From Eledone cirrhosa (lineage: Eukaryota), in NCBI GenBank assembly GCA_964016885.1, contig OZ024744.1:59024001-59088000 (forward strand): a DNA stretch of 64,000 nucleotides, written 5' to 3'. The notes under the pieces are model-generated. The model saw only the letters and a program-made list of their open reading frames with translations, did not search any database and had not been told where the DNA came from. Within the stretch, counting starts at the first letter, position 1. Each line of letters opens with the position of its first letter. Below, in pieces: positions 29,981-42,066 of the stretch. A program made the position numbers and the translations under genes.

Positions 29981-30839
29981 TATTGAAGTTTCCGTTGAAA
30001 TTTGAAAAAGTCAGAGCAGTGAAGAATGCTCCATGTAAGTACCAGACCAAAATTTAATGTATAATAAACAATACAATATAATTACCTCATTACCAGAGGT
30101 TTTCCTGAATAAAACGAATACGAAAAACGTCCTCATTCGTTCGTCGGACAAGGCAATTTAAAACATAGTGAAATATTTGAAAATTTTCCTCAAGAAAGTC
30201 AAGAGTTTAACGGGCAAAAAATATATAAATAAAAGTAATGCAAGAGATATATAAAAAAATAAGGAAATATAGTTAAGCTTTGTGTATATGTATGTATATA
30301 CACTCACAAATGTACATATGTGTGTATGTACAAATGCATGTGTATGGTGAAAATGTGTGCGTAAGTACATATATGAGGGCAAGTATATTTGTGTATATGT
30401 GACCCCAAATACGTATATAATGAGTTGAAAAAGAAATTGTAAGATAATATAGTTAATACGCATCCAGATACAGGTATTAAATACACATTCGAGCATGAAA
30501 GCACGCGTATAAACACACACACACGGGCGATCACTTATATGCGGAAGATAAAGAGGGAAGTGAGTGTAATAGTAAAAAGAAGTGTCATTCTCGATATATC
30601 TATAAAAATGAAACAGTATATGAGAATGAAACAATTTTTTTAAATCAAAGAGAAAGTAATCAATTAACACTAGAAAAAAGAAAACAAACATAGGTACGCA
30701 CGTACATACACATATATATATATAAAAATATTTATACACACAAATACGTACAGACAAAAGCGCATACATGCGTACATACACACGAGAGCGTATATATATA
30801 TATATCGCCACATGTATATCTAATCACACGTACGTACGC

Positions 30840-30884
<45 letters not shown>

Positions 30885-31541
30885 TACATACACACCCATA
30901 CATACGTATACATATACACACATATACATACACATACACATACATTCACCCGCATAAATAAGTATGTAAAAAACATAGATATAAAAAAAAAATATAAAAA
31001 CACACATACACACACACATATATATATATACGTACGCACGCACACATACGGAGGCGTTCGTATACATATACAGAACGTATACACATATGCACACTCACAC
31101 GCATAGATACAGATTATAAACCAGCCGTATGAATAAATGAGTACAAATATAAACTCGGCTGCGAAACAACAGAATATATCTGAGGTGGAAAACGCAAGTG
31201 ACATCTGTTACAAGGTAGTGAAAGAAAATGGGGAAGTAAAATGTGGAATGTGAAGATATTAGGTAAGTGTATCGAAAAGTAGGGGGAGGGGGTTACTAAT
31301 GGATGTGAAGTAAAAATAAAAATAATAAAAGATAAAGTTAAAAATGAAAGTAAATTAGAAAGAAAAGTCTGTAAAGAGGATATTTTAAGGAAAGTGAAGA
31401 ATAAGAGTTTATGGAGGATAAGTATCTGAAAGTGATTTAAGTTTATATGAGCTGGAAAGCAAGTGCGATTTCATGTGTGGGCAACTGGTGAAAATTTGTT
31501 TTTATATTTATATACATATACATATATATACATATATATAG

Positions 31542-31690
<149 letters not shown>

Positions 31691-31904
31691 TGACTAACAA
31701 CAGTTAGGGCATTGTAACTGTTAGATCTTGAGGTAAGCACTTAACATCCTGAAGCATCCCAGATTACGTCTGGAGTATATGCAGTGAAAAATAAGTATGC
31801 ATAATAGGGTTTTGATAATTTATTCCGGAAATTCCCATTACAAATGTTTTTGACGCCTTTCACGACTATACTCTGTATCAATCCAGTCTGTTCAGATGGT
31901 CTTC

Positions 31905-32086
31905 CGAGTGTATTGGTAGAGGGCCGGACGCCATGCTTTGACGCATAGAGTTACGGCCCTTGCTATTCTGAGTTCAAATCCCGCCGAGGTTAACTTTGCC
32001 TTTCATCCTTACGGGGTCGATAAAATAAAGTACCAGTAATACACTGGGTAATTGCTGGCCTTGTGCCTAACGTAGAAACAATTATT
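31905..32086 (+). mobile_element. tRNA/Meta-type SINE
   Basis: B-box GAGTTCAAATCCC, GCCTTTCATCCTTACGGGGTCGATAAAATAAAGTACCAG, tail GTAGAAACAATTATT. Confidence 0.9.
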
Positions 32087-32171
32087 TTATCCACACCTGG
32101 TCTACACTTAAACATTAAACACACACGTACACATATATAATAGTTAACGATTTGTATAAGCTTAAACTTAA

Positions 32172-32882
32172 ATCATCTTCTTCTTGGTTGTCCACCGTAA
32201 AGGATGATGACATCTTCTTCATTGTTGTTCCCGTCAGCCGTGGGCACGAAGGTGGCTGTGGAGGCCGATCCTTGACTTGCAGGTCCGGAGACAGTGGGAG
32301 TAGGGGAAGAGACCGGAGTCAGACTGGCAACTCCCAGAGGTTACCTCCACCTCCCGCCCATCGCCGCAGGGTTTTGGAAGAGCACGCTAAAGAAACCTGT
32401 GCGGGAAAGGTTTATAGTGGGAGGGCCAGTGCACAGGGACGGTCCCACTCACTCGGCCCCAGAATCCGGGGGTACAGAGGACCGTCACGACCAGGGACTT
32501 CCTTGGCTGCAGTGGATGGACACGACGTCTGTAGTGCCTTGCCGTGCCCTAGCTCTCCACACCGCTTGCTGTCGCCGCCTTGGTGACCGTTGGGATGATG
32601 TTGTCCCCCTCCACTCCGCCGGGTCCAGTCTTCGCATGCAGGGACAGGCATCCCCTATCTAACTCCCCGGGGGGTTCCAGACCCGTCCGACTACCCTCAA
32701 CCTGGTTCAGCCCGCCAGCCAAGGCGGTTTACCGGGGTGTGGCCGCTGTCGCATGTTACAGCTTCTTGGGGCCACAGGTGAGAGCTGAGTGTCAGGTGGG
32801 ACTCAATGCAGGACGAGCTGTCCTGAAAAGGGCATGGCTAACCCTCCATACAGAGGTACATGCCCCTCCCTGACACCCCAGG
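32172..32882 (-). mobile_element. Bipartite non-autonomous RTE (5'UTR joined to 3' end)
   Basis: GC-rich 5'UTR-like region, then RTE C-terminal finger HCLRTCKSRIGLHSHLRAH, then CAACC(AAG)n tail. Confidence 0.7.
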
Positions 32883-33639
32883 CATATACACATGCATATA
32901 CATACACATACATATGTACATGTGTATATACATATTTACACATTTTTGGATGGCCGTTGACTCTTATGAGTTCTTCCGCCCTTTGTCTTAAACTTAAATA
33001 ATGCATTTACAAAAACGAAATATGACAAATCAAAAGCAATGACAGAACCTAATTATATCTATCTTAAGTAGATATAACTATTCATTTTATAATTATAAGC
33101 CTGGATTGTGAAAATTGAAGTGGGAAGTGTAAACACTTTCTACTATCTCTCCAAAAACATCAGAGGTTATTATTTTGGCAGCATATGAAGGAATATTGTT
33201 ATAGCGACGCTAGATATGTCATACACAATAAAGCAAATAACTGATATGGTCAGTCTAATTTGCATAACACGTAATAAAAATACAAACAAGCAAAAAGGAA
33301 TAACGATAACAACAAATTCCAGGATGGGAATAGAAACATCAAGAAGTGAAAACACTATTAAATGTAACTACCTGTTGCATAATAACTGTGAATAATAATA
33401 ATAATTGTTTCTACTTTAGGCACAAGGCCAGCAATTATCCCAGTCCGTTACTGTTGTTAATAATAATAATAATGCTTTTTTTATTAACCACAAGGGTTGA
33501 CATAAAGTATAACATTAAGGACAGCACAGGATGTTACAAATAATAGTAATAATAATAATGATTTCATTTATTGGTCACAAGGGCCGACATCTAGGGGACA
33601 ATAAATGAAATCATCATTATTATTATATAATAATAATAA

Positions 33640-33755
33640 TTGTTTCTACTTTTGGCACAAGGCCAGCAATCACCCAGTACATTACTGGTACTTTATTTTA
33701 TCGACCCCGTAATGATGAAAGGCAAAGTTAACCTCGGTGGGATTTGAACTCAGAA
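33640..33755 (-). mobile_element. tRNA/Meta-type SINE, 5' end lost at the palindrome
   Basis: Reverse complement of the SINE body and tail. Confidence 0.85.
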
Positions 33756-33995
33756 GGATGAGGTGTTAAATCTTCATTATATTTACGCGCGTTTCACGAT
33801 TGACCAGCTCGAGTTCGATCTGTATCGACCGGACCCGATTCTGGAATCAAAAGCTCATCGGACTTCTGCTATCGTAATGACAGAAGTCCGATGAACTTTT
33901 GCTTCCAGATCGATACAGATCTAGCCTTGAGCGGATCAATCGTGAAACGCGCGTCACACCTCAATAAATATAATGAAGATTTAACACCTCGTCCT
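33755..33995. repeat. Imperfect palindrome, head-to-head hammerhead dimer (CCGAUGA core)
   Basis: Plus 33886-33957 GT-CCGATGA..GAAAC-GCGC-GTC-AC; minus 33782-33863 CCGATGA..GAAAC-GCGC-GTA. Confidence 0.75.
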
Positions 33996-34016
33996 TATTA
34001 TTATTATTATTATTAT

Positions 34017-35030
34017 TTTCACCTGGAAAGGAAGGTGAGGGTGGAGAGAGAGGTGCTTCCCCCCCCCCCCGTACATATGCTAAAAGTGGATGAATGTGGC
34101 GAAAATGGCCCGTGTGAATGGGCCTACTCTGACCATGCGCCTATAGGCTAGCTAATTTGCGGAGAGGGGTGCTCTCCTGGGTGCCCTAGAAGCGCAGGGT
34201 GGTTCAGGATTGGTGGGGTACCTGAGTCACCCCAGGGTCGTCCACCTCCGATAGGGGAATTTATTTATTTTGTTATATTTATACATAGTTTATTTTATAT
34301 TTGTATATCTTCATTGTTAAATTAGTCTTGCCATTGTGCACTTTTACTCGACCTTATTGTAAACCCTCCCTGTCTTTGTATTGTACCCTACATGTCGGCC
34401 CTTGGGACCAATAAATGAAATCATTATTATTAGTGGGTGAAAGTGGCGAGTCTGGTCCGAGTGAACAGGTTCGCTCTGAGTATGCGCCTGTAGACTGAGG
34501 AGTGGGAAAAGTGAGAGGGCGCTTGCCCTGGTCGTCAGGGTGGCCGTGGTCTTTTGTACGGTTTCGCCACGAGTGACCCTAGGAAGTTTTTTGTTGTTTG
34601 AATTTTTTTGATATTTCTATCTTGTTATAACCTTTTTTACACGGCCAAAACCCACTTTGTATCGTCCTGTATCGTTCTGTGTCGTCTGTAGTGTTTTTCT
34701 TCATGTTAGCCCTTGTGGCCAAGAAAGAAACCATTATTATTATTATTGAGAGAGGGCGCTTGCTCTGGTGGTCAGGGTGGCCGTGGTCTTTTGTGTGGTT
34801 TTCGCCACGAGTAACTCTCGGGGTTCCCCCCCTCCCCCCTATTGGGGAATTTTTCATTGTTTCAATTTTCATATTTATTGTTTATATATATATATATATA
34901 TGTTTCTTTTTTTTTCTTTTCTTATATAAATAATAAAAATCTTTACACGCACAAAACCTACATCGTACCGTACTGTACCGTCTGTAATGTTTTTCTTGAC
35001 GCAAATGGTCATAATGATCACAATAAATAA
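34017..35030 (+). mobile_element. Three stacked 3' fragments of an L1/Tx1-like LINE separated by (ATT)n
   Basis: FHLERKVRVEREVL..WMNVAKMARVNGPTLTMRL*; homologous segments at 34433 and 34748; tails end in AATAAA-like signals. Confidence 0.6.
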
Positions 35031-35433
35031 TAGTTGAGAAAATTGGATAAATAACCCTGGAGACGGAAAAGGACAAACAGAGACGCAACATAGATAGATA
35101 AAATAAAGTGTGTATATATATAGAGAGAGTGTGTGTGTGTATGCGTGTGTGTGTATGATGAATAAAGTGAAGAATATATATGTGTATATATTTTACCTTG
35201 GCAAGCCAATATCATCAATGTAAGAAACAAACGGAGAGATTTCATTTTTGTTTAACTTCACATAGGAAACACACCAGACGATATGGAATTGTTGAGGGTA
35301 AGAAGGAGAAACGATAAAGTGTGAGAGGGAGTTAGGCGGGGGGGGGGGGGGCAAATAATAAGAGGGAAAGGGAATAAATAATACAGAATGAGGATGGGGA
35401 GAGAAAGAGAAAGTGACATGGGTTACGATTAAA

Positions 35434-35492
<59 letters not shown>

Positions 35493-35934
35493 TGTGTGCT
35501 TCTTGCTCATAATAATTTCTATACTTTTCATTTATATATACATGTGCATACTTACATATATATATATTTGAAGATATAAATATCTACATGTGTTTGAATG
35601 TGAATTTGTATATATGTATGCGCACGCACGTACGTATGCGTGTGTGCAAACTTGACCATACATACACTCGACCCCCACACACCCATATATATATATGTAT
35701 GAATTACTGTTGGCTTCTTGCTCACATTAATTTCTCTATTTTCATTTATATATATATATATATATATATGGGTGTGTCTCAGCATGACAATACAGACATT
35801 TATGTAATGTATGTATGTATTCATATATATATATATGCATGCATGCATACATACATTACATAAATGTCTGTTATGCCATGCTATGATTTATGTTACGTGG
35901 TGTGTGAACTGGGTGAACCAGCCAGGTAATAAAA

Positions 35935-36175
35935 ACACCTAACCAGCCAGCTAGCCGACTAGTTAGCCAACCAACCGGGCAACCAAGTGAGCAATCAAGC
36001 AACTAACCAGCCAGCTAGCTAGCCGACTAGTTAGCCAACCAAGTGAGCAATCAGGCAACTAACCAGCCTGCCGACTAGTTTGCTCACTTGGTTGCCCGGT
36101 TGGTTAGCTATCAGGCAACTAACCAGCCTGCCAGCTAGACAACTAGCCAGCCAACCAGTCAGCCAACCATCCAAC
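35935..36175. repeat. (AACC/AGCC)-based minisatellite with an internal inversion
   Basis: 36080-36108 is close to the reverse complement of 35963-35994. Confidence 0.8.
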
Positions 36176-36369
36176 AAAGGAATGAATAAAGGTTGTTCAA
36201 GCTTGTTATACAGTTGACACAAGCCGACAGCTGAGTGTGTTAACTAGATGTCAGTTCTCCCCCCCCCCTCTGTCTCTCTCTCAATATATATATAATTAGA
36301 GAGAGGTAAGCAGATAGATACACGCACACGCACACGCACACGCACACACATGTATATATATGTATATTT

Positions 36370-36709
36370 AATATATAAGATCAAAAGATGGTTAAAGGAG
36401 TTCCATGTATTTTATTATGCGCATTTCAAAAACAAACATCATCATGCAATAATATTTGTGTTTTCATCAGATAAAACAGGAGAACATGATATGAAGGCTA
36501 AAAAACACTTGTGGATAGTGCAGTTTTAAATCAACATATATATGTTGATTTAAAACTGCACTATCCACAAGTGTTTTTTAGCCTTCATATCATGTTCTCC
36601 TGTTTTATCTGATGAAAACACAAATATTATTGCATGATGATGTTTGTTTTTGAAATGCGCATAATAAAATACATGGAACTCCTTTAACCATCTTTTGATC
36701 TTATATATT
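36370..36709. repeat. 170-bp-arm palindrome with no spacer, head-to-head hammerhead dimer
   Basis: Centre 36539/36540; plus 36603-36669 TTTTAT-CTGATGA-AAAC..GTTTTT-GAAAT-GCGC-ATA-ATAAAA; mirror at 36410-36476. Confidence 0.9.
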
Positions 36710-36886
36710 ATGTATACTCCAGTCCTACAAACTGTAGAGTGCTTCTTATCCGATATCTGCATTGCTTTATTGTACTACAATAAAACTCACCTCCTACATT
36801 ATATGTATATTTATATATCTCCATCTATGTGTCTGTCTGTCTGTACCTGGCTGTCTGTCTATCTATCAATCTGCCTACCCCTCTCT

Positions 36887-36936
<50 letters not shown>

Positions 36937-36959
36937 AAATAATCCGATTGTCAGATCAG

Positions 36960-39480
36960 ACCAAAGAAACAATTTTTCTGTCGGACTCTCAATTCGGAGA
37001 AGTAGCCGCTCTACCTGGAATGTCTCTGATCTCCGAGCTATGCGACTATGAAATAACATTACTCCAAAGACCCTTCGGAGGAATCCCATTCGGCAGTTTG
37101 TATTCGCGATCGTATTCTTTCGGTCATTACCCAAGATTCATGGCCATAGGTAACGGTTGGCACGAATACCGAATTGAAGATAACAAGTTTCTTATCTTCA
37201 ATTCGGCATTCTTATTCTGGGTACTAAATGCTGAAGCTAGCGCATTACTGCAGCAGCTCCTGCAATTATTGTACTTAATTCAGCCTCCTGCTTTCCATCA
37301 TTCATGAACACGGCCGCAAGATATATGGACTTCTCTACCTTCTTCAGTGGAACTACACTTGTAGTGAAATTTGTCCGCGCCTTGAACCTTGGGTGACACC
37401 TAAAGGTCAAATTCTAGGTCATCACCCTTTTGGTGTGAACAGGTTCATGCGTGGGCTATCCCCTAAAAGTGTGAGGCAAAAAGCGACAGGTATATAAAGC
37501 CTATATTTTCCCACCTTGAACAGATAGATCGGAGCTCTACGATACACAACAAACTATGTAAAGATTCACCGCTATCAACAGACCCTAGAGGTCTACAGAG
37601 ATACAGAGAGATCGGAGCCCTACTACTACAGACACGCTATGTGAAAGATATTCCGCTATCTACAATCAATTACAGACCATTACTATCTCTCACTCACTAT
37701 GGTCTCACACTCACGACGAAAACTACTATGACGACTGCAACAAACTTTAACCACCAACTGTTTTCATATCAACAACAAAATAACATTGTCAACCTTCGCA
37801 ACTCATGGTAACTGTTTTATTGTACTTTTTAATTGATTCACGTGAAGTAAACCATATATAAACTAAAATCATTTATTATTGTTATTTCATCTAATAACCA
37901 TGTTATCACCATCTAACAATATTCTTATTTATACCCTTCGTTAAACACTCACATATAGAGTGTACTGCATAGGCTTCTTTGAGAGGACGAGTGTCTCAGT
38001 TTTCGAAGCTCTGATTTTCATTCCAGTCATGCAGCACTCGGCATCAAACTTCTCATGTGCAAGTCAGAGATCATTTTCTGTCGAGTTAAGTAACACTGTG
38101 TCGTCTGCAAATTCCAACCGACTGATTTCTCACCCACCAGTTTAATACCATTTCCAACCCGGCTGCGCATGTCAATCCTGTTCATTAAAATTTTGAATAG
38201 GAGAGATGACAGTACGCACCCTTGGAGGAGTCCGACTCCCTCATTGAATGGTTTCGAACATTCGGGCATTCGTATAGAAACATCAGGGCAACAAGAAGAT
38301 GACCATCGATACCATATGCCTGCGGTCATATGCCTTTTGAAGGTCTACAAAACAAGAATACACTTCTTGGCAATACTCCCACGATTTTTCGAAGACCTGT
38401 CGTAATGTGAATATTTCGTCAGCTGTTCTGCGCCCGGGGCAAAAACCACACTGTTCGTCAGCTAGTTTGGAATATCCCTACATCTCTTTGCCAGACACTT
38501 AGCACAGACTTTACCGGTGGGGATTCTTTTATCTCTTGAGCAATCTCTCTTGGGATTATCACTCACGATTGCCATTGTTTAGGTGCCTTTCTAGAGATCC
38601 AGGCTACTCAGCACTCATGAGTCAGCCAGAGAATACCTTCTCTATTTAAGGCTTTTAATATCTCGGGCTGAATTTCATCCTCCCCAGAGGTTTTGCCACT
38701 TTTAAGCTCTTTCATTGCTCTTGTGACCGTAACTTCCGAAAGGTTAGTCATCGACCTCTGATGCCCCTCATGTACATCCGATGATGCTACTGTAATCGGG
38801 TTTAGGAGACCAGCAAAGTATTCTCTGCATCACGCGAGGATACTCCTCTCTGAAATCAGAACCCCAGACGCGTTCCTGATAGCAGGTGTGGAGGGGGATT
38901 TCTTATTGCGAAGTCAGCGGATGGTTTGCCTGAATACTTTATTTGCTGAACCGAAGCCGTATTCCAGCTTAACCCCACAAAGTCCTCCCATGTCTTAACT
39001 TTTGACGCCTTTACTGTCTCTGCTGCGATTCCTCGTGCCTGCTTTACCGCAAGTGCAAGGCGGAGGACTTATTTCCAAGCCAAGCTTTGTAAGTCTCCTT
39101 CTTTGCTCGTATGGCATCTTTGACCACTTGAGTGAACCAAGAGTCCTCCTGCTATCTGGTGCCACACCAATCCGCACCACTTTCGCCCACAGAATTTAAC
39201 AACTGAAGCAGAAGTTGCTGTGCTGAACAATCTCCGCTCCGTTTCAACGTCCTCAGTTTGCTTAGGGAGTTTCTAAATTTGGATGCAATAGTATCTGCAT
39301 TCCTAATCCTACTTCCTTATCCACCAGCACTTCCCACTTTGTCCTGTAGGTCGAGCTCGACCTGCAAGTTTTGTGGGCCTTCATAGTTTTAGGTAGTCTC
39401 AGGCTGCAAATAATTAGATGGGGATAAGTTGTCAGCTCTGCTTCTCTCTTATCACGAACATCCAGCACAAAATCAAAGAG
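36960..39480 (-). pseudogene. Old decayed RTE LINE, interrupted by a solo LTR
   Basis: GVGLLQGCVLSSLLF, LEFADD, EQCGFCPGR segments with many frameshifts. Confidence 0.85.
37360..37945 (+). mobile_element. Solo LTR (TGTAG...TAAA), TSD CACT
   Basis: CACT at 37356-37359 and 37946-37949; removing the insert rejoins the RTE sequence; TATATAAAG at about 37491. Confidence 0.75.
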
Positions 39481-40019
39481 ATCGCTGTAAGTAGGGATAT
39501 GGCTCGGTAACCCAAGACGCCAGATGTTTCCATTACTAGATGTTGGTAAACATTTCGGAGAGCAACCAGTACTTTGACAGCTTGCTATCTTCAGTTTATA
39601 TAAATTTTAGAACTTGCTTCAGCAAGAAATTTGAAACTGTAAGATTCATACCTAATGAAACTATTACAAAAACGCGAAATTAATGAATGTCGAAGACAAT
39701 CATGTAGTTACTAAAAAGATTGACATATATAAATATTTCTGCAACTAGTCTGTTGATAACCGAATATCAAGGTTAAACGAATCAGTCTAGTAGAGGCTAC
39801 TTTTCATTATATACATTGCAAAGGTATGTCGATAGAGCGTTGTGTTCTTGAGGGAAGTACTTTATTTCACGTTGCTCCAGTCCACTTTGATGAAAAAAGA
39901 AAAAGTGAATTGTACCTTATCACACACTGCGTCACGCTGACCATACACAAGGTCAAGGGTGCATGTGTTTGTGGAGTACTCAACCACTTGCACGTTGCTT
40001 TTACAAGTTGGTTTTTCCG

Positions 40020-40200
40020 CTGAGTGAATAATTGAAACACTCCCTCCAGTGGGTCCCGTCAGAAACAACTGTCTCCAACTGATCCGGCTGAATCCCCAAG
40101 CGTTACCATCCAAGCTCATGGATGTTATCCAACCATCTTACATAGGGCCTACCGCTGGGTCTCCTACCGATTGGTTTCGCCTGTAAAATCTGTTCAGCGT
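40020..40200 (-). mobile_element. RTE 3'-end fragment
   Basis: EQILQAKPIGRRPSGRPYVRWLDNI..DGTHWRE. Confidence 0.7.
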
Positions 40201-40302
40201 TTTTTTCCTGATTCATCTACTTTTCATTTAACAAATACACGATATTTGTGCTACACCAGAGATGGAACTCTCTAAAGACTTGCCACCTACCCTCGATCAT
40301 AT

Positions 40303-40508
40303 TACGAGGGTATGTTGAAAAGTTCATAAGCCGACTATGAAGGAGCGATGTTAGAGCTGTGGAATCTTGCATACATTAATTTCAACTTTTCTTATTAATA
40401 ACTGCACTGTCTCTTTCCAGGGACTATGTTGAAAATTAAACCTCATTTGGTCATTCCATGAGAGTATCTTGGTCAGCCTATTGAAACTTTCAGCCGATTC
40501 CCGTTTAT
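40303..40508 (+). mobile_element. Mariner-derived MITE
   Basis: Imperfect TIRs TACGAGGGTATGTTGAAAAGTTCATAAGCCGAC / GTCAGCCTATTGAAACTTTCAGCCGATTCCCGTTTA; shares GTTGAAAA-TAAACCTCATT with the 3' end of the mariner relic near 4115. Confidence 0.75.
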
Positions 40509-40706
40509 AAGTTCGGTTCCCTATTTCAAGTATGAGTTGTTTTTTTTAAAAATTGGTGGCCATCACGTGTAGCAAACTTTAGGTTTCTGATATACAATGT
40601 TTCAGAACTTATGAAGGTGTTTCTCTAAAATGATACATTACTGCTCCGACATTTAATACCAAGAGATCTTTTTACCCCTTCAGTACTTTAAGTAGATTAT
40701 CTTACA

Positions 40707-41191
40707 CTAGCAGAAAAACCACCCTTCTAGTGGTTTTCTGCTAGCATGTGTAGTGTGTATATTGATATTATACGCAAGTATATATTACATGTAGATACGA
40801 TACATCAAATAAAATCGTAATTGACAATATATAATACATAGAAATTGAACGAAGACTGTGTTACACTGTCTTATGTAATCAGTAACGTAATCCATGATAC
40901 ATTAAAACAGACGATATTATATATAAACTGCATTAGGAGAAAATTAGTGAGAGAAAATTAGTATGTTTATTTAAGCGATGGCAAACCGGAAGTGTTGACA
41001 TTTCAGAAATTTTAACGAAGTGAATCTTTAAATAAACAAAATATATTTAAAGAACAGCCACGAAATTTAGTAGATAAACTATGTAATATTTATTCATTTT
41101 TTATTCAAAGTAATCCAACTTATTTTACTAATGGGATAACAAATTATAAACAGTACGCAGTCCCGCGCTCCTTACTTTATTATAGTTTAGA
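40707..41191 (-). mobile_element. Non-autonomous Helitron, copy 1
   Basis: Minus strand starts A|TC and ends hairpin + CTAG|T; second copy at 49930-50414. Confidence 0.8.
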
Positions 41192-41423
41192 TTTCACTCA
41201 TTTCAAAGAATATTAGTTGTTATAGATTGTTTCCTATAGCGTTTACAATGAGACTATTTGGTTGCATTGTAACTATGACATTATGACCCCCATATACAAT
41301 GTGCTTATAAAAAACGGGGTTGAAGTTTCAGCATATACATAGGTTAGGAGCCCATAGTGTAAAGAAGGGGCCCATGACTATTTGATGCACACACACTCAC
41401 ACTCATACACACACACACACTCA

Positions 41424-41464
<41 letters not shown>

Positions 41465-41867
41465 TCACAGTTCCCTTGAATTTTGGAAGAAGCCCCACCA
41501 CCACCCTCAAGTCCAAAAACAGTCTTGTTCCGCATTGCAAAATTTCTCTCAGATGCTGTTCACGTATATAGTCAAGTTGATGTTCATAATCATGAACTGT
41601 TTTGATATCAAACCATCTAAACTACCCCAAGTTTCACGATACAAAACTGCTTATTTTAAAATGTTTAACAATTTTATATAAGAACTTTTCATATTTGTTC
41701 CAAACAGTTATATTACTAAATCCCTCCAACGTTTGTTCATTTTCAAAATTATTTGAAAAACATCAGTGTTTTTCATTAGAAATTTGATAAAAAAACCTTT
41801 CATCATAATTTTATGTAAGAACTATTGTTAAGCTCCAAATAATAGCTTAATAATGAGAAAGTTAGTT

Positions 41868-42066
41868 AGGACGGTGGATTGGCAATATCGGTAGAGGGTC
41901 GGACGCCATGCTTTGCTTTGCAGCAAAGAGTTACGGCCCTTTGTAGTCTGAGTTCAAACTCCGCCGAGGTTAACTTTGCCTTTCATCCTTACGGGGTCGA
42001 TAAAATAAAGTACCAGTAATACACTGATATAATTGCTGGCCTTGTGCCAAAAGTAGAAACAACTAT
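41868..42066 (+). mobile_element. tRNA/Meta-type SINE, full length
   Basis: A-box, B-box GAGTTCAAAC, Meta-like core and tail. Confidence 0.9.

Noticed and set aside
31745-31812. CTGAAGC..GAAA hammerhead-like motif
   Set aside because: Core mismatch and poor stems.
35793-35870. Small inverted repeat as another hammerhead dimer
   Set aside because: Low-complexity arms with no ribozyme core.
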